From an uncultured Methanospirillum sp. (GTDB taxonomy: Archaea > Halobacteriota > Methanomicrobia > Methanomicrobiales > Methanospirillaceae): a DNA stretch of 34,670 nt. Both the position numbers and the translations under genes were made by a program. Shown one piece after another: positions 18,692-27,164 of the stretch; the stretch's first letter is position 1, and each line of letters begins with the position of its first letter. The stretch spans positions 1-34,670 of the forward strand of contig CAZEWE010000002.1 of assembly GCA_964515765.1 (NCBI GenBank). The letters run 5' to 3'. The notes under the pieces were generated by a model. That model did not search any database and had not been told where the DNA came from. It saw only the letters and a list, made by a program, of their open reading frames with translations.

Positions 18692-21328
18692 ATGGTATCT
18701 GAACCTCCGATACGGGTCCTCTTTGTAGATGATGAACCCGGGATGCTCCAGGCAATCCGGGATTATCTCTCAATAGTTCACTCTATCGGGGTTGAAATCT
18801 GTAATTCCAGCGCTGAAGCCCTTACCAGGGAGGATCTGTTTGAATTTGACTGTCTGATTATTGATTACGAAATGCCGGATATCGACGGAATCGCCCTTTT
18901 AAAAGAGATACGTCAGATGAATACGGACATTCCGATAATCATCTTCACCGGAAAGGGCCATGAAGATGTTGCGATGGAAGCCATCAACGCCGGGGCTGAT
19001 TATTACATAAAGAAGGGTGGAAACCCCGAGGAACTCTTCACTGAACTCGCGCATTTCATACGCAAGGGTGTAAGAAGATACCGGGCTGAAGTGGCGCTTG
19101 TGGAAAAGGAGCGCCGGTACCGGGCAGTTGTTGAGGATATGACCGAGTTTGTCTGCAGGATGGATGCAGAAGGGGTTATCGTTTTTGTCAACTCTGCCTT
19201 TCCAAAAAGCCTTCAGATACCTTTCGAAATTCTGAACGGGGTGACATTTTACTCACTCTACCCGGATCATGAGCGGGAGATTGAAGAGGTCATATCTCTC
19301 TGTGACCCTGACAACCCGTCTGCCCAGTTGGAACTGCCCTTTCAGGGAAGTCATGGAAAGACCATCTGGCATAGCTGGGTAATCAGAGTCATATTCAATG
19401 ACCGGTTTGATATCCAGGAGATACAGGCGGTTGGCAGAGATATCTCAAGACAGAAGGAGAGTGATCGTCAGGGAGCCATTCTCAGAGATCTTGGGATCTC
19501 CCTTGCCAGCAGTTCAACCCTTGAATCTGCTCTCAGTTTCTCACTGTCAGCAGCAATCGATATTGGAGAGCTTGAGACCGGGGCAGTCTACCTGCATGAC
19601 CAGAATTCAGGGAGACTCTCTCCGTTCCTTGACCAGGGGGCGTTCCGGGCAGCATTACACAGACTATACGAGGAATTTTCCAGGAACGGGGATGAGATGA
19701 TCCTCAACACGGGAGATCCTCTCTATATGAGCATGACCGACCTGCACCGGTATGAAAGCAGGTTCACCGCACTTGCGTTCATTCCGATTCTCAGATATGA
19801 AGAGGTAACCGGCTGGTTCATCCTGGCATCAGACAACCTGATTGAAGTCCCCTACGAGATCAGAAGTCCGCTCGAGGGAGTTGCATCACAGATAGGAAAT
19901 GTCATCTCACGAATCGAGGCTGAGGAAGCACTCAGGGATGCCCTTATTGAGAGTGAAGAACGGTACATGCAGCTCTCAGAAACATCTCCCGATGCCATTG
20001 CTATTTTATCAGGAAATTCTGTGGTCTATCTGAATCCTGCTGCAAATGCACTCTTTGAAGTGGACAGCCCGGATGTTTTTATCAAACAACCACTCCATGA
20101 CTTTCTTGATACTGACCTGCAGAACTGGTTTCATGAGATCCTGAAGACCAAAGCCAGGGAGAAGAGTCCGAGAGCGGGCGAAGGATTTCTCAAAACAAGA
20201 AATGGCAGACAGATATATGGAGAACTCATCAGTGTTCCGATCTCCCATGCAGGAGAGGATGCCATACTTCTGCTCATCCGTGATAAAACAAGTCAGCGGA
20301 TGCAGGAACAGGCATTGATTGAGAGCGAACGCAGGTTTCGTGAGATGGCGGATCTCCTGCCCGAGCCACTTTTTGAAGCTGATACGAACGGAAAACTGAC
20401 CTTCTGCAACCGTGGCGTCTTTGCTCTTCTCAATGCGTCGCATGTGCCGGATGCGGATATCACCATGGCATCAGAACTGGTATCCGCGCAGGAACAACTC
20501 AGGTTTTCCACCATTCTTAAAAAGGTTGCAAATGATCTGATGCCTGTGGCCGGGGATTTTATTGCTGCCGGAGATTATACCGACCCGAGAATCATTCATC
20601 TCTCCCTGGCGCCCGTTCTCCATGACGGAGTTTTTTCCGGGACCCGGGGAATTCTCATAGATATCACCGAGAACAAGCGGTACCAGGAGAAACTCCATCA
20701 TATGATCGAAGAGAAGGATGTTCTCTTCCGTGAACTGCATCACCGGGTCAAGAACAACATGCAGATAATCTCAAGCATGCTCCAGCTGCAGGAAGAGTAC
20801 ATCACTGATGAGGTCATTCTCTCCGCCCTGCATGACTGTGAACAGCGGATCGATTCGATGGCGCTCGTTCATGAGACATTATACCGGACCGAATCCCTGG
20901 CAGGTATTCCGTTCGGGCAGTATCTGGAGGACCTCGCACAGGCAGTGACCGAAGGATTTGCAACCGTAAGGGATATCAGGACTGATATCAATGTCGGAAG
21001 TATCATGCTCAGCCTGGATACCGCTGTCACCATAGGCCTTATTGTGAATGAGCTGATGGTGAATTCCATGAAATATGCCTTCGTGGACCGGCCGTCAGGG
21101 CTGATTACTATTCATCTGTCGTGTGAGGATGGCGGGTGTACGATGCGGTATTCAGATGACGGAGTTGGTCTTCCCCCGGGATTTGATATTGAGAAGATCT
21201 CAAGTCTCGGGATGCGCCTTGTCCGGATCCTTGCAAGGCAGATACGAGGATCATTACTGATTGAGAGCGAACAGGGTGCAGGAATGGTCTGCACCGTTAC
21301 CTTCCCGAAACAGGCAGGAAATACATGA
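18692..21328 (+). CDS. Hybrid sensor histidine kinase REC-PAS-GAF-PAS-PAS-HisKA_2-HATPase
   Basis: VLFVDDE/IIDYEMP/FTGKG receiver; PAS ends GRDIS, IRDKT, IDITE; ELHHRVKNNMQ H-box; NEL..NSMKYAF, DDGVG, SLGM.LV; no obvious TM segment. Confidence 0.93.
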   Translation: MVSEPPIRVLFVDDEPGMLQAIRDYLSIVHSIGVEICNSSAEALTREDLFEFDCLIIDYEMPDIDGIALLKEIRQMNTDIPIIIFTGKGHEDVAMEAINAGADYYIKKGGNPEELFTELAHFIRKGVRRYRAEVALVEKERRYRAVVEDMTEFVCRMDAEGVIVFVNSAFPKSLQIPFEILNGVTFYSLYPDHEREIEEVISLCDPDNPSAQLELPFQGSHGKTIWHSWVIRVIFNDRFDIQEIQAVGRDISRQKESDRQGAILRDLGISLASSSTLESALSFSLSAAIDIGELETGAVYLHDQNSGRLSPFLDQGAFRAALHRLYEEFSRNGDEMILNTGDPLYMSMTDLHRYESRFTALAFIPILRYEEVTGWFILASDNLIEVPYEIRSPLEGVASQIGNVISRIEAEEALRDALIESEERYMQLSETSPDAIAILSGNSVVYLNPAANALFEVDSPDVFIKQPLHDFLDTDLQNWFHEILKTKAREKSPRAGEGFLKTRNGRQIYGELISVPISHAGEDAILLLIRDKTSQRMQEQALIESERRFREMADLLPEPLFEADTNGKLTFCNRGVFALLNASHVPDADITMASELVSAQEQLRFSTILKKVANDLMPVAGDFIAAGDYTDPRIIHLSLAPVLHDGVFSGTRGILIDITENKRYQEKLHHMIEEKDVLFRELHHRVKNNMQIISSMLQLQEEYITDEVILSALHDCEQRIDSMALVHETLYRTESLAGIPFGQYLEDLAQAVTEGFATVRDIRTDINVGSIMLSLDTAVTIGLIVNELMVNSMKYAFVDRPSGLITIHLSCEDGGCTMRYSDDGVGLPPGFDIEKISSLGMRLVRILARQIRGSLLIESEQGAGMVCTVTFPKQAGNT

Positions 21329-22392
21329 CCCAGGTGCTTATCGTTGAAGATGAGGCAATTGTGGCGGAATCTATCGCATCCAAACTTCGCCGGTACGGAT
21401 ATGAAGTGATTGATACCCTTCCGACCGGAGAAGAGGCAGTAGATAAGGCTGGAAAAACGCGGCCTGATGTTATCCTCATGGATATTCATCTGGCAGGAAA
21501 GATGGACGGGATACAGGCCGCAGATCGGATCTCAAGCCAGTTCCATATTCCGGTAATTTTTCTGACTGCCTATGCCGATGAACAGACCATTGCCCGTGCA
21601 AAAGAGGCAGGCCCCTTTGGGTATCTTGTCAAACCATTCAGGGAACGGGATCTGTATGTGACGATTGAGATGGCCCGGGAGCGATCCAGACTTGAGGCAG
21701 AACTGGAAGCTGCAAACCGGGAACTTGACTCATTCAGTTACTCAGTCTCACATGACCTTCGGGCACCGCTTATCGCCATAGATGGGTTCTCCCGCATCCT
21801 CGAAGAGACCTATGCCGGATATCTTCCCCCTGATGGTGTCGAGTGCCTGACACGAATACGACAGGCAGCAAACCAGATGGACCAGCTTATCGAGGACTTT
21901 CTGAGGTTATCACGGGTCACCAGAGCCCCGGTCCAGATGGAGAAACTTGACATATCCCGTATTGCACGTGAGATCCTGGGTCAGCTGGCAACGCATGATC
22001 CAGACCGGAAAGTTCACTGGAGGGTAGAGGAAGGGTTGATGGCATTTGGAGATCCGGGTCTGTGTGAGATCGCTCTTAAAAATCTTATAGGAAATGCATG
22101 GAAGTATACGATGCATAAAGAAGATGCACAGGTCCAGGTTGGGAGCCTCATGCAGGGTCAGATACGGGTTTTCTTTGTAAAAGACAATGGGGCAGGTTTT
22201 CCATCGGAGAAAGCAAACCTTCTCTTCATACCTCTGCAACGGCTTCACTCCCACCAGGAGTTCCCCGGAAACGGCATCGGCCTTGCAACAGTACAGCGGA
22301 TTGTTCACCGGCATGGTGGACGGATATGGGCAGAAGGCGCAACAGGTGAAGGAGCAACCTTCTTCTTTACGCTTCCGGAAGAGGCAGGATAA
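21325..22392 (+). CDS. Hybrid REC-HisKA-HATPase histidine kinase without sensor domain
   Basis: IVEDE/LMDIHL/LTAYAD/VKPF receiver; SFSYSVSHDLRAPL H-box; NLIGNAWKYT, DNGAGF, GIGLA, GATFFFTLP. Confidence 0.93.
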   Translation: MTQVLIVEDEAIVAESIASKLRRYGYEVIDTLPTGEEAVDKAGKTRPDVILMDIHLAGKMDGIQAADRISSQFHIPVIFLTAYADEQTIARAKEAGPFGYLVKPFRERDLYVTIEMARERSRLEAELEAANRELDSFSYSVSHDLRAPLIAIDGFSRILEETYAGYLPPDGVECLTRIRQAANQMDQLIEDFLRLSRVTRAPVQMEKLDISRIAREILGQLATHDPDRKVHWRVEEGLMAFGDPGLCEIALKNLIGNAWKYTMHKEDAQVQVGSLMQGQIRVFFVKDNGAGFPSEKANLLFIPLQRLHSHQEFPGNGIGLATVQRIVHRHGGRIWAEGATGEGATFFFTLPEEAG

Positions 22393-22406
22393 CCCTGGAG
22401 AATGGT

Positions 22407-22802
22407 ATGCCAACGGTACTCATAATTGACGACGAGGATCTTGACCGGAAAGTCCTTCACTCAATCCTGCTTTCTGCAGGATACGAGGTGATCGGGACTG
22501 CACGAAGCGGAGAAGAAGGGATAGAACTGAGCAGGACACTAAAACCCGATCTTGTCACCATTGACCTGATGATGCCAAAGATGAACGGGATGGAAGTGCT
22601 CATAAAACTGATGAAGGAGAATACCAAGACCAATGCTTTGATCTGTACATCAGCACATTCAGACCCGGTTGTTGACCTTGCCATGCGATATGGAGCGAAG
22701 GGGTACATTATAAAACCATTCCAGGCCAGATCCCTCCTCGCAACCGTGAAGGAAGTAATCGGAGCGCCTGATCCGGCACGGATGAATGTGTGGAACTTCT
22801 AG
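22407..22802 (+). CDS. Stand-alone CheY-like response regulator receiver
   Basis: LIIDD, PDLVTIDLMMPKMNG, CTS, GAKGYIIKPF. Confidence 0.92.
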   Translation: MPTVLIIDDEDLDRKVLHSILLSAGYEVIGTARSGEEGIELSRTLKPDLVTIDLMMPKMNGMEVLIKLMKENTKTNALICTSAHSDPVVDLAMRYGAKGYIIKPFQARSLLATVKEVIGAPDPARMNVWNF

Positions 22803-22830
22803 GGATTCATAAAAAGAGGGATGAATACAC

Positions 22831-23208
22831 ATGGGAATCCTGATTGTTGACGACACTGACTTTGATCGCAATCTCCTGAGATCCATTCTGCTCTCTGCAG
22901 GGTATGAGATAACGGGCCTTGCCACGTGTGGGGAAGAGGGTATCAGGCAGTATCATGCCTTACAGCCGAACCTGGTTATGCTTGATCTGATTATGCCTGA
23001 TATCAATGGTATTGAGGTTTTGCGAAGGATCAGGATCGATGCCCCTGAAGCAAAAGTGATGATGTGCACATCGGTTGGAGAAGAGAGCATGGTTGACCTG
23101 GCCAGACGGATGGGTGCCAGGGGTTATGTAGTCAAGCCATACATCGCAGATAATCTGCTTGGTGCCGTTCAGAAGATACTCGGACCACCGGTAAAACCAA
23201 GAGCCTGA
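22831..23208 (+). CDS. Stand-alone CheY-like response regulator receiver
   Basis: ILIVDD, PNLVMLDLIMPDING, CTS, GARGYVVKPY. Confidence 0.92.
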   Translation: MGILIVDDTDFDRNLLRSILLSAGYEITGLATCGEEGIRQYHALQPNLVMLDLIMPDINGIEVLRRIRIDAPEAKVMMCTSVGEESMVDLARRMGARGYVVKPYIADNLLGAVQKILGPPVKPRA

Positions 23209-23226
23209 TAAATCGTTCTCTGTCGC

Positions 23227-23238
23227 TTTTTTTCTTTC
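23227..23238 (+). terminator. Putative archaeal oligo-T terminator
   Basis: tttttttctttc about 20 nt after the last receiver gene, between convergent genes. Confidence 0.5.
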
Positions 23239-23262
23239 AGATTTACTGTCATTTTTCAGACA

Positions 23263-24516
23263 TTATGGTGAAGGGACAGGAATAGTATGGACCGCGGTCC
23301 CCTTTCCATGATGACCTGAAATAGTAAGGCCAGCCTGGTAGTTCCCTGGTTTCAGATAGGTATGAACCGGGTTTTCATCCCATGACGTGTAGCCGTCACC
23401 AAAATCCCAGAACCATACCGATGGATCTCCATCAGAAGTTGACTGAAACCGTATCGTTGCAGTGTTGCCTGGATCAAAATCCCAGGTAAATGATGCCTGA
23501 AATACTTCAACAATCCCTGAATCCTGTGCCTGGCCACAGACATTTGAAACCGAATACCTGACCGCATATCTTCCGGGGTTTTCATACCGGTGGAAGAATG
23601 GATCTTGTTCTGATGTTGTGGTTCCATCTCCAAGATTCCATATTCCTGATACAGGATTATTTGTCACCGAACCAGTTGAGCGCTGGCTGAATCTGACCTC
23701 CAAAGGCGCATACCCCGATACCGGTTCAATGGTGATGGAAGTATTTACTTCAGGGACTGTCCCGACGGACGCCTGTTTATTCATCAGTGACCAGACCTGG
23801 TTTGTTGCATCGGCAGGATACGTAACAGAGAAGACATCATGGTGTATTCCTGGCAGAAAAACAACCGGCTGGCCCCGGTCAGCGTCACCGGGATGAAAGC
23901 GGTTCAGATCCCCAACCGGCAGGGATACCGGATGATCATGTCGGGATACATACCCAAACCTGGCAGTAAAAGATCCGTCAGTATTTCTGCATACGACTCC
24001 TGATTCAGGTATCAGCATCCCGGGAGCCGGTGTCCCGGATGGCACAGGAGTGCGGGTGTCGGCAGGGGTTGCAACCGGCAGAGGAGAGAGTGAGGCCATG
24101 AGGCTGTATCGATTCAGGATTGATGTTACCAACTCCTGGTCCATGATGTACCGCGCTCCCTGTGTTCGTTCAGTACTCCCGTCCCATGAGAGAAACCGAA
24201 TCATGGCTGCCTCTGCTCCGGCAGGTGGGTCCCCGGTAAAGGTGTAGGAGTCGGGATCCGGCCTTGTATCCTGGGAGTAATCCTGAAATGAGTAGGTCCG
24301 GTTCTGATCGTCAACCCATAGTATTCGGACTATCCATGTATCAGCCGGAGTCTGGTCCTGCCCTGAATGATCTGATGTCAGGGGGAGAAGCGACGTATTC
24401 TTACTCATATCAGGACCAGGCCCTGTGGTAAATAAAACAGATATTCCTGCAGCGATAATGAGTGATATAAGAATGATGATAAGAACAATATGATATTGGT
24501 TATCCGACGGATCCAT
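23263..24516 (-). CDS. Membrane-anchored PKD-domain surface protein
   Basis: N-terminal TM helix; two PKD repeats (GYAPLEVRF...WNLGDG...H.Y..PG.Y.V; WFWDFGDG...NPVHTY..PG.Y); start 24516 or 24549. Confidence 0.85.
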   Translation of the reverse strand: MDPSDNQYHIVLIIILISLIIAAGISVLFTTGPGPDMSKNTSLLPLTSDHSGQDQTPADTWIVRILWVDDQNRTYSFQDYSQDTRPDPDSYTFTGDPPAGAEAAMIRFLSWDGSTERTQGARYIMDQELVTSILNRYSLMASLSPLPVATPADTRTPVPSGTPAPGMLIPESGVVCRNTDGSFTARFGYVSRHDHPVSLPVGDLNRFHPGDADRGQPVVFLPGIHHDVFSVTYPADATNQVWSLMNKQASVGTVPEVNTSITIEPVSGYAPLEVRFSQRSTGSVTNNPVSGIWNLGDGTTTSEQDPFFHRYENPGRYAVRYSVSNVCGQAQDSGIVEVFQASFTWDFDPGNTATIRFQSTSDGDPSVWFWDFGDGYTSWDENPVHTYLKPGNYQAGLTISGHHGKGTAVHTIPVPSP

Positions 24517-24568
24517 TGCAGTTCTTACATCTTTTATGTCATAAGCCAAGAGGGCTTCCCATCAGTTC

Positions 24569-26713
24569 ATGTTTTACAGGGAATATCAGATTATGAATAC
24601 CAATACTATACCATTTCAGATTACGTCGCGCGAAACGCGATTTGAAGAAACTATCGGGATCAGATCACCCATCCGGATGGCTCTGGCATCTGTCCTGGTC
24701 GCCATCCTGTTCCTGACCGGTCCGGTACTGGGGGATACTATCTCCACGGCAACTCCGCCAGGAATGAACCTCTCGATTGATCCAGGAGAGGATTTCTTTT
24801 CATATGCAAATTACCACTGGGTTGCCGACCACCCGGTTCCTGAAGATAATAAATTCTACACTGCATTTGAAGAAGTAAAAGAGACGGTTGACAACCGGGT
24901 GACAAATCTTGTGGAAGAAGCAGCTTCAGATTATGATGCAGAAAAAGGAACACCCCGGCAGTTACTCGGATCTTTTTACCGTGCAGCCCTGAACGATGAG
25001 TCAAATGCACGGACCGGGCTTGCTCCGGTTCAGGATGAACTGGATGAGATTGCAGGGGCATCTGACCGGAGTGAGATCCGCATTGTCACTTCAAATCTCA
25101 CTGCCCGGGGGCTGGATCCATTTTTTATCCTGTACATTGATGAAAACCCGGAGAAAAGAAAGGAGCTCGTCGCGACCATCGAGAAAGGCGACTTCACCAT
25201 CCGGTTCCCTCCATTTTATGAACTGGAGTTCGATGAGGCCATCAGGGTTCAGGATCTGATGAAAGAGTATGTCACCACCACCTTCATGGACCAGGGAATG
25301 GATCATGGACTGGCCTCTGATGCAGCGGATGTAGTATTCAGAATTGAGCGCCGGATGGCCCAGGCTGAGATGGGCATGAACACATCCCATGCAAACTCCT
25401 CTGAAGAACTCAAGGCAGGAACATACCAGGTAGAGGACTTAAACACACTCTTCCCAGGTATAAACTGGGATGCTCTCCTGGACAAATCTGGAAGACCAGA
25501 TCTTGAGGAGATCTATGTCATGAACCCGCACTACCTCAGGGAAATTGGCAGGATACTCTCTTCAGAACCGGTTGAAGATCTGAAACTCTTCCTGACCTGG
25601 CGGGTTCTTCAATATGCGGCCCCCTTTGCCACTCCTGATATGCAGGAGCGGTACTATGAGTTTTATGATGTAAAACTTTCAAAAGGGGAGGTAACACCCC
25701 AAAAAGACCGCGTTTTTGACATCATGAACCTCTATCTGGGAAACCCGATCGCTCATCTGTATGTAGACCGGTATTTCAGTGCCTCTGATAAGGCGAAAGC
25801 GGAAGAGATCATCACAAATATCAGGGAGGTAATGCGGGAACGGGTGCAGAATCTGTCCTGGATGAGTCAGGAGACAAAGGACATCGCTCTTTTAAAGATG
25901 GATTATCTGAAGGAGCAGGCAGGATATCCGGAGGAATGGGGGCAGTACCGGAACCTGACTATTGAAGATACCTCATACCTGGAGAACATGCTGGCCCTGA
26001 CTGAGTATTTCACGAATGGCAGCCTTCAGCTCTCCGGTGAACCGTCAGACCCGGATGTCTGGTATGTGTCACCGCATGGGGTAGAGGCACACTATGATCT
26101 TGTCCATAACCGGATCATTGCCCCGGCAGGATTTCTCAATCCGCCGTTTTTTGATCCGATGGTTGATGATGCCTGGAATTATGGATCATTCGGATGGGTC
26201 TATGGCCATGAACTCATCCACATGATTGACATTGGTGGCCAGCAGTATCACCCGGACGGAAAAAAGGAGAACTGGTGGACAGACAGCGATGCAAACCAGT
26301 ATTTTCATGCCGCATGGCCCCTGATAATGCAGGTTAATTCAACGCAGGTTCTTGATAACCTGACACTGAACGGGACACAGATGCTGATAGAAAGTTCAGC
26401 AGACCTTGGTGGCCTTACCCTGGCCTATCATGCATTTCTCAAATCCCGATCAGATTCAGATTCTCTGGATACACCAGGAATTGACGGTCTGACAGATCGG
26501 CAGCGGTTCTTCGTGGCATTTGCACAGGCTATGCGGGGGAATATTACCGATGATAATCTGCGTAATGTTACCGCTACAGAGGATCATCCCTGGAATGAGT
26601 TCAGAGTTAATACTATCCCCTATCATCTTGATCCATTCTATGAGGCATTTCCTGATATCAATCAAGGTGATACACTTTACCTGAACGAGACTGATCGGGC
26701 ACGGCTCTGGTGA
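24569..26713 (+). CDS. Secreted M13 family (neprilysin/PepO-like) zinc metallopeptidase; true start may be downstream (24593 or 24677)
   Basis: Signal-like hydrophobic stretch, PGEDFF.YAN..W, WMS..TK..A..K, GHELIH.D, E..ADLGGL, QRFFV.FAQ, HP...RVN, terminal RLW. Confidence 0.92.
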   Translation: MFYREYQIMNTNTIPFQITSRETRFEETIGIRSPIRMALASVLVAILFLTGPVLGDTISTATPPGMNLSIDPGEDFFSYANYHWVADHPVPEDNKFYTAFEEVKETVDNRVTNLVEEAASDYDAEKGTPRQLLGSFYRAALNDESNARTGLAPVQDELDEIAGASDRSEIRIVTSNLTARGLDPFFILYIDENPEKRKELVATIEKGDFTIRFPPFYELEFDEAIRVQDLMKEYVTTTFMDQGMDHGLASDAADVVFRIERRMAQAEMGMNTSHANSSEELKAGTYQVEDLNTLFPGINWDALLDKSGRPDLEEIYVMNPHYLREIGRILSSEPVEDLKLFLTWRVLQYAAPFATPDMQERYYEFYDVKLSKGEVTPQKDRVFDIMNLYLGNPIAHLYVDRYFSASDKAKAEEIITNIREVMRERVQNLSWMSQETKDIALLKMDYLKEQAGYPEEWGQYRNLTIEDTSYLENMLALTEYFTNGSLQLSGEPSDPDVWYVSPHGVEAHYDLVHNRIIAPAGFLNPPFFDPMVDDAWNYGSFGWVYGHELIHMIDIGGQQYHPDGKKENWWTDSDANQYFHAAWPLIMQVNSTQVLDNLTLNGTQMLIESSADLGGLTLAYHAFLKSRSDSDSLDTPGIDGLTDRQRFFVAFAQAMRGNITDDNLRNVTATEDHPWNEFRVNTIPYHLDPFYEAFPDINQGDTLYLNETDRARLW

Positions 26714-26714
26714 T

Positions 26715-27164
26715 ATGATGCGAAAAGTTCAGAACCTGTATGGAAAAATTGCGTTCGTTGTGTGTTTAGCCATCCTCATTCCCGCGATACCGGCAACCCC
26801 GGTTATCGGAAATGATGATCCTTTTCTGAACATTCTGGCAAAAACGGATCGCGGATATTACAGTCCGGGCGATATCATCAGGGTGAAAGGAACGGTGACC
26901 GGAGAAGAAAATACGCCGGTCCCAGCAGGATTGGTGTTTCAGTTTCAGGGGATGAATAAGACAGCCAACACAACATCTGATGGATCCTTTTCTGCACGGG
27001 TTCCGATCTCGCTCATAGAACCGGAAAGCATGTATCGCCTCATTATCTCTGCTCATGCTGAAGGATATACCGGGAAGAATCTCTCTATCCCCATTGTCAT
27101 CATGGGGGAGCCCTCTTCTCTTGCCCCCGCACCTGTTATTCCTGATGAATTCTCCTCTATCTGA
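26715..27164 (+). CDS. Hypothetical secreted Ig-like (beta-sandwich) protein
   Basis: Signal peptide; TDRGYYSPGD.I.V.GTV and T.SDGSFS motifs; begins 1 nt after the M13 stop codon. Confidence 0.65.
   Translation: MMRKVQNLYGKIAFVVCLAILIPAIPATPVIGNDDPFLNILAKTDRGYYSPGDIIRVKGTVTGEENTPVPAGLVFQFQGMNKTANTTSDGSFSARVPISLIEPESMYRLIISAHAEGYTGKNLSIPIVIMGEPSSLAPAPVIPDEFSSI

Noticed and set aside
21325-22392. Bacteriophytochrome
   Set aside because: The kinase core resembles that subfamily, but there is no PAS-GAF-PHY photosensory module
22407-23208. Calling the receivers cheY of a chemotaxis operon
   Set aside because: No cheA, cheW, cheB, cheR, MCP or archaellum genes in the window
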